Shown one piece after another: positions 45,681 to 60,295 of a DNA stretch of 64,000 bases. The stretch spans positions 45,632,001 to 45,696,000 of the forward strand of contig OZ024740.1 of assembly GCA_964016885.1 (NCBI GenBank). The letters are read 5' to 3'. The position numbers and the translations under genes are program-made. The first letter of the stretch is position 1. Every line of letters starts with the position of its first letter. The notes under the pieces are model-generated. The model searched no databases, was not told the DNA's origin, and saw nothing but the letters and a program-made list of their open reading frames with translations. The stretch is from Eledone cirrhosa. Its lineage: Eukaryota.

Positions 45681-46657
45681 GACACAGTGCCTTACTCCAG
45701 ACCTGCCAGACATCGATCTCCTCGATCTCAGATGGCACGTGAAGGCCATAGGCAGTTCCCTTTTCTATAACTCTACCAAGTAGAGAAAAATTGTAATTCT
45801 TGAAAACAACATTATAACTGAGTTAACGTAGGTACCTCTTAACTCCTTAAACACCAGAGCAGGGGTTCTCAGCTGGTATTCTATGAGATGTAGTGAGCTG
45901 TGCCGCGAGATGTAGTTAGGTGTCCCATAACATGTAACTAGGTATGCTGTGACATGTATCTAGGTATACAACAACATGTAGCGAGGTGCAATGAAAATAC
46001 AAGATATTAAAAATGTGAGAAATAAAATCTGAACTCCTAAATATAAAGTCTGGAAAACTACTTCTTCTTCGCCTGCTTATTCTTGAGAGGGTCGAGAGGG
46101 CAAAAAGAGGTTTGGAAATCTAATGTTACAAGACAACGAAGGAACTAGACACCCGACCTATTAGAAATAACAGCCATATTTCTTCAAATATCACTTTAAT
46201 ATCTTTAAAAATGTAGGACATATTCGACAATTTCTGTTCTAATTGTACTAAATGAGCCGATGTCCTAAGTTGAAACCTAGCAAATCTGCTGAATCAGAGC
46301 AGCGTGAACTAAACAACAACAACAGCAGCAGCAGTAGCACAGCAACTGTACACCAAATGATATACATAATGTTGGTAAGAAATCAATTAAATATGAATTT
46401 CTGTTGTCAGGGAACCCATTTAGCGGTCACATATAGAGAAACATCTGGCGTGATGATCTACTGATTCCATGAAAATTACATAACAAACACATAATAAATG
46501 AATCCCGAGATAATAATCATTCAACACACCACATACATACACACACACTTACACTCATACACAGAATCAAATTAAGCTTGTCATCTATTTAAAACGGTGA
46601 TGAATCGTTTAATATGAGAGTTAGCTGGCAGGTCAAGACTACTTGTAAAGTTAGAAG

Positions 46658-46985
46658 ACACCTGTGAAATCTACAGCCCATACATGTGAAATTTACGGCA
46701 CATACCTGTAAAGTCTACAACACATACCTTGGAACTTTACAGCCCACAGCTATGAAATTTACAGCACACACCCATTAAATTTAATACCCACACATATGAA
46801 ATTTAATGTCCACACCTATATAATTTACCTATGAAAATTAATGCCCATATCTATGAAATTTAATACCCACACCTATGAAATTTAATGGCAACACCTATGA
46901 AATTTAATACCCACACCTATGAAATTTAATGCCAACACCTATGAAATTTAATGCCAACACCTATGAAATTTAATGCCAACACCTC
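46658..46985. repeat. 21-bp minisatellite (cacacctatgaaatttaatgc)
   Basis: About 15 copies, more homogeneous towards the right end. Confidence 0.9.
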
Positions 46986-47805
46986 TGCATGTTTAGTTGG
47001 CCTGATACCAGATTAGACGGCAAATTGGCAGAGTAGTCAGGGCATCGAATTAAATGCCTTGCTATTTGTTCTGGCTCACTATACTCTGAGTTAAAATCCC
47101 GACGAGGTCAACTTTACTTTTCATCCATTCATGGTCGATAAATAAAGTAACAATCTCCATTGGGATCGATTTTATCTCTATCTCTCTTCCTCTTATTCTT
47201 CCTCTTTCTCTGTCTAGACCTGGAGAGGTATGAGCTCTGCCAGGCTTAAAATATCCCTTCCTTTTTCTTACGAGGTAGGATGTTTATTGGGCGTCTTAAT
47301 GATAGGGACCTCGGTGTTGTTATATATATATATTAAAAAAAAACAATGTGAAATGAAGCGTCTTGCTCAAGAACATATGACACCGCTCAGTCTAGGAATA
47401 GTTCTCGAGTCCAACACCTTCACTACGAATATCTAATCTGGACGTGGGGAGCTAGTGTTAAAGACCAACAACAACAACGATAACAATAGCACAAAACAAC
47501 AACATAATATAAACAATTAAGGGCAAGAATTCAAATTACAGTTTACAAATTTACACTGTGAAGGTATATGGGGTAGAGGTTAAGGCCTTGAGCTCGCAAT
47601 TGTAAAGTTGTGAGTTCGATTCTCGGCCCGGATGACACGATGTGCCCTTAAAAAAGACACTTTATTCCACGTTGTTCCAATCCACACATACTCTAATTCA
47701 CACACTCTTTCCCCTTCTATCTATCTCCTATTTGATCTCAGTCGCTCTCTCCCCGTCTGTCTTTCTTCATCTCTTTTAATCCGTCTCTTTCTCCGCCTAC
47801 ATATA

Positions 47806-47880
<75 letters not shown>

Positions 47881-47920
47881 GATATTAATAAATGGAAACT
47901 ATATTTATAAAACCATATTT

Positions 47921-47983
47921 ATTTCATTATACATATTTCAGGGATACCACATTAAATTATGGTATGCCTTCATCAGACAAAAT
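47921..47983 (-). ncRNA. Type I hammerhead ribozyme
   Basis: Reverse complement: attttgt-CTGATGA-aggcatacca..tggtatccct-GAAA-tatgta-TA-atgaaat. Confidence 0.72.
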
Positions 47984-48104
47984 ACAATATATAACAGTTT
48001 TACAAATAGGTTTGACGTACCCTTTTAAAATACAACCATTACTTTTGGAGGCTGTATATTTACTTGTTGTATCCCAACAACTTTAAATAGAACTTTTGCA
48101 TATA

Positions 48105-48801
48105 TATATTAAGACAGGGGGGAAGAAAAAAATGGCTTCACTTGTGCTTTCAACAAATTTATTTTCTTCACAAAATCCCAAAAGAATTTTTTTCAGGATG
48201 AGAAAAAATTTTTTTCTTAAAAATATTTTTTTTATAAATTAAGTCGTTGGTTGTTGGTTAGGTCTTAGGAGTTCTTGGTTAACGTAGGAGGTATTGTTTC
48301 GTTTTAGAAAGACCTTTCACGCTGAGGTGCGCTTGTCAAACTGATGTGTATGTGGTGTATATAGGGATTTAACATGTTTGTGGTGTGGTGGGTTTTTTTT
48401 TCTCCCCACCCAACCCTACTCACTGTCTCAACTCATTACTGCTATTAACATTTTTTCAACACACCTACACCCCTACACTTATTAAAGGGGGAGAAAAAAA
48501 CCCCCACCACACCACAAACATGTTAAATCCCTATATATAGAACAACACACCACATACACATCAGTTTGACAAGCGCACCACAACGTGAAAGGTCTTTCTA
48601 AAAACGAAACAATACCTCCTACGTTAACCAAGAACTCCTAAGACCGAACCAACAACCAACGACTTAATTTCTAAAAAAATTTTTTTTAAGAAAAAAAATT
48701 TTTCTAATCCGGAAAAAAATTCTTTTTGGATTTTGTGAAGAAAATAAATTTGTTGAAAGCACAAGTGAAGCCATTTTTTTCTTCCCCCCTGTCTTAATAT
48801 A
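48105..48801. repeat. Long inverted repeat (arms about 300 bp, spacer about 80 bp)
   Basis: tatattaagacagggggg..ttctcccc (to about 48406) pairs with ggggagaaaa..cccctgtcttaatata (about 48488-48801). Confidence 0.92.
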
Positions 48802-48830
48802 CCTAACTGTACCAAGGATTACACACATTT

Positions 48831-48906
<76 letters not shown>

Positions 48907-49439
48907 TTAAGGGTACTATTTATGGTTATGTATGCAATAAAACCTTTAATGGTAATATATTATATATACACAAACCCTAAATAGTGAGAGATAGACATTA
49001 ATTACTATCCTATTACCAGTAAGATAAATAGCTCAATAAATACAGATGTATGAGAATAAATGACTTAATAATTCAGCCTACATAATAAGATCGATTCCCT
49101 GCTTCAACTGCCTGACCCTGCAAATATCATTCTGACGCACTCTAATCATGTATAGATAAGACACGCGTGCATGCTACACGGGAGATTGTTTCATACACTG
49201 ACTACTCTAAGCTTTCCTCTTGATTTATCTTCATAGACTGCCAACGCTTCATGTTTATCTTTATTTTCACTCTTATTTTCACTCTTGTTTTTATTTTATT
49301 TTTATTTTTATCCTGTAACCTTTATATGTAAATTGCCATGCTATATCATTTGATGAATGTCACCCCACTGTTGATCAATATGCGCATATGTTTTATGTGT
49401 CTCTTGGGTTGAAAAGGAGGTCAAGTATGTTATAAATAG

Positions 49440-49488
49440 TTGCTCCGAAGAATCCAAACCTCGGTTTGGAGGAAACAATTGTAAGCAA
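49440..49488 (+). ncRNA. Hammerhead-like motif with U4C change
   Basis: ttgct-CCGAAGA-atccaaacc-tc-ggtttgga-g-GAAA-caattg-TA-agcaa. Confidence 0.55.
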
Positions 49489-49519
49489 ATAAATGACTTA
49501 AACTGAACTTTGATTACTG

Positions 49520-49654
<135 letters not shown>

Positions 49655-49785
49655 GAAGTTATATTTAATTTGTTGGGATTCAACAACCTTAAAAGTTATA
49701 TAACTGATATAAAGCACTCAACAGTTTACTGGAGTAAATATTCAATATATTAATAAATGGAAACTATATTTATAAAACCATAATT

Positions 49786-49849
49786 ATTTTATTATATATA
49801 TTTCAAGGGCAACCAAGGCAGTTTTTGTTGCGCTTTCATCAGATAAAAT
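49786..49849 (-). ncRNA. Type I hammerhead ribozyme
   Basis: Reverse complement: attttat-CTGATGA-aagcgcaac..gttgccctt-GAAA-tatata-TA-ataaaat. Confidence 0.72.
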
Positions 49850-49974
49850 ACAAAATATGTTTTATAAATGTTGACATACCCGTAGAAAAACAACCTTGAA
49901 ATATATATAATAAAGTAATTATGGTTTTATAAATATAGTTTCCATTTATATTGAATATATATATATATAAAGGG

Positions 49975-50300
49975 TAATGACCCCTTCGGTCACGAATGAC
50001 CATCGGATTTACACCTCGAAAGTTCCCCTCCAAGGCACAAGACCAGGCAAGGTTGTTTGTGGAAGATCAATAGTCGCCCAGGCTTACCAGCCTCACCTCT
50101 CCACACCACCAATGATATTCAAGGGAAAAGCAAAGGCTGATACAGCTTGAGTGACGTCGCAACTCATGTCTACACCTGAGTAAACTGGAGCAACGTGAAA
50201 TAAAGTGTCTTGCTCAAGGTCATAACGCATCACCCGGTCCGAGAATCGAACTCATAACCCCCCGATTGCAAGCTCAATGCTCTAACCACTAAGCCATATA
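49975..50300 (-). mobile_element. tRNA-derived SINE (family B)
   Basis: Reverse complement starts tggcttagtggttagagc..gagttcgattctc..ttgagcaagacactttatttc. Confidence 0.7.
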
Positions 50301-50334
50301 ACAATGTGTCTGTGTGTATGTATGTACGCGCGCG

Positions 50335-50428
<94 letters not shown>

Positions 50429-51114
50429 AATATATATGTATGTGTGTAGAATGATCGATCGATAGATAGATAAATAAAATCTACCAGCGTTTTCGTTAAA
50501 AAATTACGAAATGAGCAGAACTAGGACAAAAATACGTATTAGACACCGTCACACAGAAAACAATGTTCGCTTATTCAGGTACCGACTGTAGGATACGTAA
50601 CAACTCTGTTTCAATGCATACGGTGGGACTAAAGCTACTAGATAATAAACAAACGAGAAACGAATATACAGAATACGAGAGTCTTTCAACGAAATAGGAC
50701 AACAGAGTATAAAAAAAAAAAAAATAAGGTAGCTACCGAAATTATCTATTACAAACGGAAGGTCGCCAAAAAGCAAAGCAATGTGAACAAAAAAATATTA
50801 TTTCTAAAGAATGTATATGGATTTTGCTATAATATAATATAATGCAACTTAATACAATTCTTCCATTTAACATATTTACATATTTCATTGTCGAAACACG
50901 TGTAAGACTAATGAAAATATCTTAAATACTGTCATGATTCCTGTATTTATTACACGCACACGCATTCACAGATGCGTCTTCAATTTGCAAAGCTGTCTAA
51001 ACGTAATGTTATAACTCTCTAAGGTAATATACCTTATTGAGTGCTTAGCTGACACCCCGATTGCATTCGTTAGCTTAGCTGCAGCCAGAGCTTCGATTTT
51101 GCTGTACTAAATTT

Positions 51115-51156
<42 letters not shown>

Positions 51157-51160
<4 letters not shown>

Positions 51161-51570
51161 AAGTTTTATTTAAATTATTGGGTTAACAACGAGTAAATAT
51201 TTATAACTGATATAAAAGCACTCAACAAGTATTTGGAGTATATTTACGATATTAAATAAATGGAAACTATATTTATAAAACCATATTTATTTCATTATAT
51301 ATATTTCAGGGATAACATATTAAAAATATGTTATGCCTTCTTCAGACAAAATACAATATAAACAGTCTTATAAATAGATAGATTCGACATACCTTTCAAC
51401 TTCGACTTCTATTTGAAAAGTTGATTTGTCGAATCTATCTATTTATAAGACTGTTTATATTGTATTTTGTCTGAAGAAGGCATAACATATTTTTAATATG
51501 TTATCCCTGAAATATATATAATGAAATAAATATGGTTTTATAAATATAGTTTCCATTTATTTAATATCGT
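51157..51570. mobile_element. Fold-back Penelope-like remnant (arms about 143 bp) with a hammerhead in each arm
   Basis: Arms 51246-51389 and 51428-51570; plus-strand core at 51464-51527 attttgt-CTGAAGA-aggcataacatat..atatgttatccct-GAAA-tatata-TA-atgaaat; mirror copy at 51289-51352; (TA)n flanks. Confidence 0.82.
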
Positions 51571-51739
51571 ATATATATATATATATATTTATGTAATAAA
51601 CAACATAAGGCTTTTATTCCATTTACCAGTGGTTTCTTAAAAGCAAAAGATTTTGCTTTCAATCCTCAGAATGAAAAAAATATATATATATATATATTAT
51701 ATATATATAAATAATATATATATATATATTATTTCTAAA

Positions 51740-52850
51740 GAATTTGGTTGTTCAAAAATTAATGTGTCGGTTTTATGTTTTGATTTGTTTCAACATTTTT
51801 TTAAAGAATTAAAACCCATACAAGGTTACAAAATTGTGTACCATTTTAAGGCTTATTTTATGTTCTTTCCTTCTGTGTTTCCTTCTGGTTATATTTTAAA
51901 TATTTTCAGATCTTTACAGTTAAACTCTCAAAAGAAGGTTTTCGCCAAATTTATATCTGTGAAATAAAACTCGACCGCAGTACAGCCCAAATAGTATCAA
52001 TGAAGTTTGGGTTCATGAAAGTGTTAATAACTGCATAGTGCAACGTTGGTTTCAAAAATTACATCGTAGTGAATTCACTCTTGAAGATAAGGAAGGTTGC
52101 GGACGACGAAGAATTGAAGGCTTTGGTAGAATTAAATCATCGCACGAATGTTTGTGGGCTTGCAGGAAAGCTAAATGGAACAATTTCTGAACATAGGGAC
52201 TGAATTGGATAGTCGAAGAAAACTTGAAAAATGGGTGCCTCACAAAAGCCAGAATTATAGCCGTATTGAAGTTTGCTCTTTGTTTCTTTTGTGCAACGAA
52301 AACGATACATTTCTTGATAGTGATGTGATAGTGATGTGCCTTCAAAAATGGATCCTATACAACTGACGACATTCAGCACAGTGGTTGGACTGAAATGAAA
52401 CTCATAAACAATTCACAAAGCTGAAGTTGCATCAAATTAATGTTATAGTGACTGTCTGCTGGTCCAAAGCAGGATTAATGCACTACAGCTTTCTGAATCC
52501 TGGTGAAACAATCGCAGCGGAGAAGTATTATCACGAAATCGATGAAATGCATTAAAAATTGCAGCATATGCGTCCAGTATTGGTCAATATAAAAGGTCTA
52601 ATCCTCTTGCAAGACAACGCTTGACCACACACTGAACGATCAATGCAACCGACTACCACATCTTCAAGCATATTGAGAACTTCTTGCAAGAAAAAGACTT
52701 CAAACAAGCAAAGTAGTCACAAAAATACATACGAAGAATTCATCGTCTCCAGACCTTCATAATTCTGTTACAGAAATAAATAGATTTGTCTCTTGTTGGC
52801 AAAAATATCTAGATTTTAGTGTTTTTTTTTATTTCGATCAATAAAGGAAA
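51740..52850 (+). mobile_element. Degenerate mariner transposon
   Basis: Remnants LEDKEGCGR, KLEKWVPH, KWILYN, KVMVTV-like, LILLQDNA and DYHIF, with many stops and frameshifts. Confidence 0.8.
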
Positions 52851-52858
52851 CATTATAC

Positions 52859-52916
<58 letters not shown>

Positions 52917-52988
52917 TCTCTCTCTCTCTCCCCCTCTCTCTCTCTTCTCCCACCCCTCTCTCTCTCTTCTCCCACCCCTCTCTCTTTA

Positions 52989-55900
52989 TCTATATATATA
53001 AAGCTGAGGATGTGTGTGTTAAGGTTTGTAACGTATGCACGTCCACAATTTCCAACGGATTCTATTCAAAGTCGAGACAATTATAGCCTTTGGTCAGGGA
53101 AAAGTCATGAAGCAAAATAATTTCAAATCCATCAACAATAAGGGCAAAAATAGATCATGATCATTCCCCCTCTCTATAATTTAACTGCTTTACCCTCTCT
53201 GTCACTCTTCACTCCCTATATGACAACACTGTAGAGAGAGAAACAATGTTTATGATCAAATGGAGCGTTCCGTATATCCACTCTCTCTATAATTTAACTG
53301 CTTTACTCTCTCTGTCGCTCTTCACTCCCTATATGACAACACTGCAGTGGAGCGTCGCGTATTGAGCGTCGCGTATTGAGCGTTCCGCATTGACATACGG
53401 CTTCTGTGGGGCATTTTCAATCGGCTTATTGCAAATAACAACCCGTAAAATAACACTTCATATAACAGATTAATGCTATAGACCTATGAATCGGAATGTA
53501 ACCCGTGAGCTTTTTCCTGGGCAAAATTATTCGAACAGACATGACTTCATTGCCAGAGTGTTCAGACTGAAACTGGCTAAACTCATGGCTTTAATAAAAA
53601 AGGGTCAGGTATTTGGGGCTGTAAAATGTGACATGTTCACCGTCGAATGGCAAAAACGAGGGTGCCACATACTCACATTTTGATTTGGTTAGTTGATAAA
53701 ATCAATTCAAATGCCATAGACAGCTTCATTTCGGCTGAAATCCCTGACCCAGCAACTGACCAGGAATTACATGAGATCGTCAAAGCTAACATGGTCCGTG
53801 TGCGTCGGGTCCTAATGAGCATCACACGTGTCTGAAAGGGGGGTCGTGCAGTAAGGGATACCACCAAACATTTGTTGACCAGACTCAGACTGGTGGCGAC
53901 GGGTACCCCCTGTACAGGCGGAGACGGCCCGAGAACGGTGGCTTCACCACAACAGTAAAGGGAGGTTAAGTCGACAATAGATGGGTGGTCCCTTACTGCC
54001 CGCTTCTCTTGAAGAAGCGGGAAGTAAGGGACCACATCAACGTTGAGTTTTGTAACCCCGTCAAATCGATAAAATACATATGCAAATATGTAAATAAAGG
54101 CTCTGATTCCGCAATGTTCGCATTTCAAGCTGAAAATAGCAGGGAGGAGGTCACACAAAAACCTGGCGGGGCGGTACATCAGTAGCAATGAAGCTTTTTG
54201 GCGCCTATTTGGTTTACCCCTACACCAACGGCACCCCGCCATCGTACAGCTTGCGGTACATTTGGAAAATGGGCAAAGGGTTTACTTTACGGACCAAACC
54301 GCCTCCAAGCTGGCCGCCGATCCGAAAGAGACCACTCTGACGGGTTTCTTCAAACTTTGCCAGTTCGATACATTTGCGCAAACAATTGTGTACTCCCAGG
54401 TTCCATCCTACTTTATATGGCCGAAAAACACTTGGGTGCGAAGAAAGTCAGGTCAGGCTGTTGAAAGACATCCTGATATAAAATTTGACAGCTGCCTTGG
54501 AAGGGTTTACACTGTGCCCCCAAGTCAGCATGAGTGCTTTCATCTCCGCCTTCTTCTGCATGAAGTTGTAGGCCTACAAAGTTTGCAGGACCTCAAAACT
54601 GTTCATGGAGAAATATGTGATACGGACCGGGAAGCCTGCTTTAAGCGTGGTCTTTTGGAAGATGATTCGAAATGGGATTCCACTTTAGCAGAGGGTGCTT
54701 TGTTGAAATCACCTAAAGGTCTACGGAAACTCTTTGCCATTTTGCTTCAAAAGTGTGAATTAGGTGATCCCAAATCTTTATGGGTCAAGTACAGAGACTT
54801 CATGTCTGAGGACTTCCTGTGCCTAGCTCATCTGCAGTATACTTCAGTGGAAGTTGGTTACAGCGACATTATCTACAACATGGCACTCATTGATATCGAG
54901 GACGCCCTCCTCAACATGGGTGGGAGTGAGTTGACGACGTATGGCTTGCCGTCAACTGTCAGAGAGGAAGCTAACACGTTGGTCCCGGATTTGTTGCGGG
55001 AAACAGCATTTGACATCGAATCTCTTTCCCAATACTTAGAGGAAAATGAGCCCAAACTTCTGTCGGACCAAAGGTTGGCCCATTTAACTATCATTGACGC
55101 GGTTCAAAATCAGACTGGGGGTATTTACTTTCTCGATGCTCCTGGGGGTACCGGAAAAACTTTTGTAACGAAATTGATTCTCGCTAAGGTTCGTCAGGAG
55201 AAAAAAATTGCGTTGGCCGTTGCATCGTCCGGGATCGCTACTACTTTGCTGCCGGGAGGCAGGACAGCACATTCAACCTTTAAACTCCCCTTGGATTTAG
55301 TAAAAACTGAGACATCAACATGCAATATCAGCAAGAGTTCACACGAAGCTCTGGTTCTCAAAAAATGTTGCCTCATTGTTTGGGATGAGTGCACAATGGC
55401 ACACAAGGGTGCCCTTGAGGCATTGGACAGGACCCTGAAAGACATTAGGGATTCTACGGCTCCTATGGGTGGCGTAACCCTTCTGCTATCAGGGGATTTT
55501 CGGCAAACGCTGCCTCTCATCCCCAAAGGGACAAGAGCTGATGAAGTGCGTTCCTGCCTTAAGACGTCCATGTTGTGGCTCCATGTGAAGAGTTTGTACC
55601 TGAGCACAAAAATGCGTGCTCATTTGCATGGTGAGAACATGTCTGCAGCATTTGCTCAGAACATTTTAGCACTGGTGAGGGTAAGGTCCCTGCGGATGAC
55701 AAGGGCGGCATAGCAATCGACTCCCTGTGCAACATTGTGAGCAGCCCTTCTGACCTTTGGGAAGCAGTTTTTCCTAATGTCTCATTTAACTTTAAAAACC
55801 TCGATTGGCTCAGCGAACGAGCCATCCTTGCTCCAAAAAATACCATGGTTAATTTTATTAACGAGCAGCTGATTGAGAAGAATCCCGGTAAAGAGCACAT

Positions 55901-56727
55901 ATTCAAATCTATCGACCGGACGTCAGACCCCGACGATATCGCTAATTATCCGGTTGAGTTATTAAATTCTCTTGAGCCCCCAGAGCTCCCACCTCACATT
56001 CTTAAGCTTAGGGTTGGCTGTCCCATTATGCTAATAAGGAACTTGCGTCCACCAAAGCAGTGCAACGGTACTCGCATGGACGTCAAGTCACTGACGCCCC
56101 ACTTGATTGAGGCCACCATTGTAACGGGGTGCGGGAGAGGGGAGAATGTTTTCATTCCAAGGATGAACCTTTACCCCTCGGCGTCAGATATCCCGTTCGA
56201 TTTCTGGCGATCCCAATTCCCGGTGAGACCATGTTTTGCCATGTCCATTAACAAGTCACAAGGGCAAACATTGTCGGTGGCGGGCATCCATTTGGTGGAG
56301 CCATGCTTCTCCCATGGCAAACTTTATGTTGCCTGTTCCCGCATAAGGAGCAGGAATGGACTTTTTGCTTACACTCATCAAGGGATGACACGCAATATCA
56401 TCTACAAAGAGGTGCTATAGATGTTGGTGCAGATGTTAGAGTTGCTGGAGCTATGCCGTCTGGAAAACTGGTAGGGTCACCCATCGCGGACAGATCTGAC
56501 ACCCAGCCGCATCAGGGCCACCATCTTGCAACTTTGGTCTACTAAATTCGCTATTGGAAGATTATTAACCCATCATTGATTGCTAATTGGTTCGTAACTT
56601 TTAATAACCGGTTCAACTGCTTTATGCACTTAATTGATAAGCTTATTCGCTTTCAAGCCACGTTTACCTGTATGTAACTTTTCATAGCAAATGAACAAAC
56701 CTGAGCAACGCCGGGCTAAACTGCTAG
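52989..56727 (+). mobile_element. Helitron with intact termini and internally deleted, frameshifted RepHel
   Basis: A|TCTATATATATAAAG 5' end; 3' hairpin cctgagc-aac-gccggg then CTAG|T; Rep HUH motif VEWQKRG/PHTHIL and KYICKY; Pif1 helicase motifs DAPGGTGKT, WDECTM, GDFRQ, QFPV..FAMSINKSQGQT and LYVACSR. Confidence 0.93.
53486..56420 (+). pseudogene. Helitron Rep/Pif1-like helicase coding region split by frameshifts
   Basis: ORFs 53486-53683, 53647-53835, 53985-54185, 54262-55713 and 55737-56420 are consecutive RepHel segments. Confidence 0.9.
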
Positions 56728-57080
56728 TATAACATAATTTTATAACCATTACGTTAAACTTAGCGTCTCTTAGTTGAACGACAATAAAAATATTAAAATA
56801 TTTCTATTATCATAATCTTCTTGTGAGGCTCGAGTGTTTTCTAAAGAAGTTCCCCATCGCCAAAGATTTGTGTTTATTTTGAATATCTTTGACGATACAA
56901 GCGGGATGTAATGTTATGTGCTAATGGGGTTTATTCGTTTTTAGTATATGGATTTTGCTACTATATAATATAATGCATCTTAATGAAATTCTTCCATTTA
57001 ATATATTCATCATATATCATTTGTCGAAACACGTGTAAGACTAATTAAAATATCTTAACTACCGTCAAGATTCGTGTATT

Positions 57081-57117
<37 letters not shown>

Positions 57118-57824
57118 AGTATTATGCATGAGAAAACAAAGTTTCACTTTAAAATATTTTTTATTCATTATCGAATGTGACAACCCACCCGTCCCCTCAA
57201 TCTATCTTACTTCTCATTCTTTCTTCTGATGAAGGACCTGCTATATCAAGCGTTAACCTAATATATCCCTTCCATATGCTGTACCGATTGTGTTGTTATT
57301 TCTGTTTACCTTTTACATATATATATGAGAAAACAAAGTTTTACTTTAAAATATTTTTCATTCATTATCGAATGTGACACGTATTTTGCAGATGATCGAC
57401 TCAATTCTTAATCGATATAATAGACCTGACTCAAGTATCGATCTACATGCAGATTTGAATCAAAATATTTCCATACATTTCCTACACCACGCTTACCACA
57501 GAAAGACAAACTGGTGCAAACAAAATGAAACCAGAAAGAAGAGAAGGCACAGAGGAAAACAAATAGTTGTTGATGAAATCACAGAATGTGTGACGAAAGA
57601 ACTTTGACAATTACGTAATAACAAACTAATAATAAACAAACTAATAATAAAACCGAAGTGAAAATTAACCGGTGTGTGCCTGATTTTATTGGCAAAAATA
57701 CCCTCCTCAGATATAACACGATTTCACATCAAGAATCTTGGAAAACAAATAGATAAACGTACACACACACACACACACATATATATATAAACATACATAC
57801 ATACATACATACATACATACATAC

Positions 57825-58431
57825 ATGGTGGCTGCCAACTCGTTTTCGAGTACGGCCACTACTTTATATCCATGTAGGAGAACCCCTACTGATGCGCTGA
57901 ACAAGTGTGACTTTTTAGTCCAGCCAGCGACTTGAAAACTCTGGTACAAACACTACACTTGTGACAATTATTAACACATAGTGCTGGGCCCATGGTACCA
58001 TGTAACGACAAGTGCAGAGAGATCTCCAGATATAAAGTAATGCCTGTGCCGTGAAGCTTTTATAGTGAACAAATGCACTGCACAAAGCCAGTCCCACTCT
58101 TAACCAAGATGATATTTACCAAAAAGAAGAACAAGTCAATATCATTGGATACCATCAGGGTTGCAGGTGTTATATCAGAGTTTTCCTTCTCCTAGAAATC
58201 TGCCTTGACAAAGGCTAAGGGGTCATCTCTCCCGGTGATTTTGGATGGCCATTGACTCTTAAGAGCTCCTTTGCCCTTTGACAGGTTTTGTTTTTAGTCC
58301 TGCAGGATGTCCAAGGTCACCCTCCTCACCAAGAAACCTTGGTGGGGTTGCCAGTTTAGTCGCCAACCACCCGACCATGAGACATGTTGTACTGGGATAC
58401 ATGTTACCAGTAGCACCAACTGGTGACCTGA
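57825..58431 (-). mobile_element. About 610-bp (TACA)n-embedded retroposon, copy 3
   Basis: Near-identical to 2410-3020. Confidence 0.8.
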
Positions 58432-58513
58432 CATACATACATACATACATACATACATACATACATACATACATACATACATACATACATACATACATAC
58501 ATACATACATGAC

Positions 58514-58577
<64 letters not shown>

Positions 58578-59258
58578 CAACGTTCTTTATTATAAGTGAA
58601 CGAAAGTCTAAAATGAACGAAAGTCTAAATATACTCCACTGCAATTTGAAAACTAAATAATTTTATAATTCTCAATGTTGGTAAGAATTAGAGAACAAAT
58701 AGCGATTGGTATTTCTAAATTGTCAAAAGTTGCATGCTCATTGTTTTCAGATAATGCAGGAATTTATTAACGACTTTGGCATCTGAAGAATGGTGTTACA
58801 TAATTTCAGTATGTTATATTTTGTGTTGGAAAATAAGTATAAGAATATAGCCAGCATATTTACAGATGGTAATGTCATAGACTGTGTCAATAAGAATGAA
58901 TAAAATGATTGAATTAATTCAGTAAATGATTAACAATTGAAATAAAATGAAAAGAAAAGTGTTAAGATATAAACAATGTTTGCTGAAGCTGAAATGTTGG
59001 ACAAGGCATTGACTCTACCAAGATTAACGTACTTTAGTGTTTGGTTATAACTCTCTCAGACACACACACACACACGCGCGCGCGCGGTTGTCAATACACC
59101 AATGACATTCTCGCTCTATACACATTTGATTCTCCGCCAATACAGATAACACCTTCCTTCGCCATACTATAACTTTGCTCAGACATTTAGTACATCCAGC
59201 AACCCTTCATCAGATTTGCAACTCTTCTATTAACGTAGAACTCTATATACTGACTTAA

Positions 59259-59479
59259 CCCTTTAGCATTTACATTACTCTATATTTACTATTTTATTTT
59301 CATGGTAAAAACTTTATCTTACATAATTATCTCACATAATACCGAAACTATTAGATTTTGATATTATTTATTTTGAGAAAAATACCTTAATATCAGTATG
59401 AGTGGCCGGTTACAGCCGGTTTGAACAGAAAGAGGTGAGAGAATTCTGGTCGGATACAACCGGCTTAAATGCTAAAGGG
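59259..59479. mobile_element. piggyBac-type MITE, copy 2
   Basis: TTAA|CCCTTTAGCATTTA..TAAATGCTAAAGGG|TTAA. Confidence 0.82.
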
Positions 59480-60295
59480 TTAAGTTAAATTCTGACCCAA
59501 GCCCGGTATCAACTGGTTAGAGCTTATATTGACGTAAAACGATTGAGAGTACAAGATGCCAGTTCATTACATGGTTTACCCCCCAGGAATCGAACCAATG
59601 ACCTTACAATTACCACACCATCATCCTAACCACTAGACCTTGCCTCTTCACCGACTGAGAGAAAAGAACATAAAAACATATAACCTGAAAACACCCTAAA
59701 ACATCAGAGGAACTCGTTTCCTCATTCAACTATACATTTGATAGTATCACTTCATAGAAATGACTTATGGAATTATGGATGTTTGAAGCTGGTTCTGTCT
59801 ACATCAATGTTTCTTAAACTGGGTTCCGTTGAATCCAGTAGTTTAACATCAGCTATTATTGGTCCCGTGGCCGATTTTAAAGAAATAAACCTAACATGTA
59901 CAGGTGTACTAGTATTGTAAAAGATGAACGTATATAATTGAAATAACACATTGTTTATTTCAGAATGTTTCTATCAAAATTTTAAAAATATTAAAAAAAT
60001 TTATTTTGTATATGTGTGACGTCCGAACGAGTATCATCCGCCTGCTTGCAGCATAGAGTTACGGCCCTTTATGGTCTGAGTTCAAATCCAGCCGGTTAAC
60101 TTTGCCTTTCATCCTTATGGGGTTGATAAAATAAAGTACCAGTAATGCACTGGGATAATTGCTGGCCTTGTGCCAAAAGTAGAAACAATTATTACAAACA
60201 CCCGAGGATAATTTAGCTTTTGGGTTTATTTTGAACGAAGTTGGTTTCTTTACGGTATTTATGTATTTCATTTCCACATGTAGAGACATTCAGGC

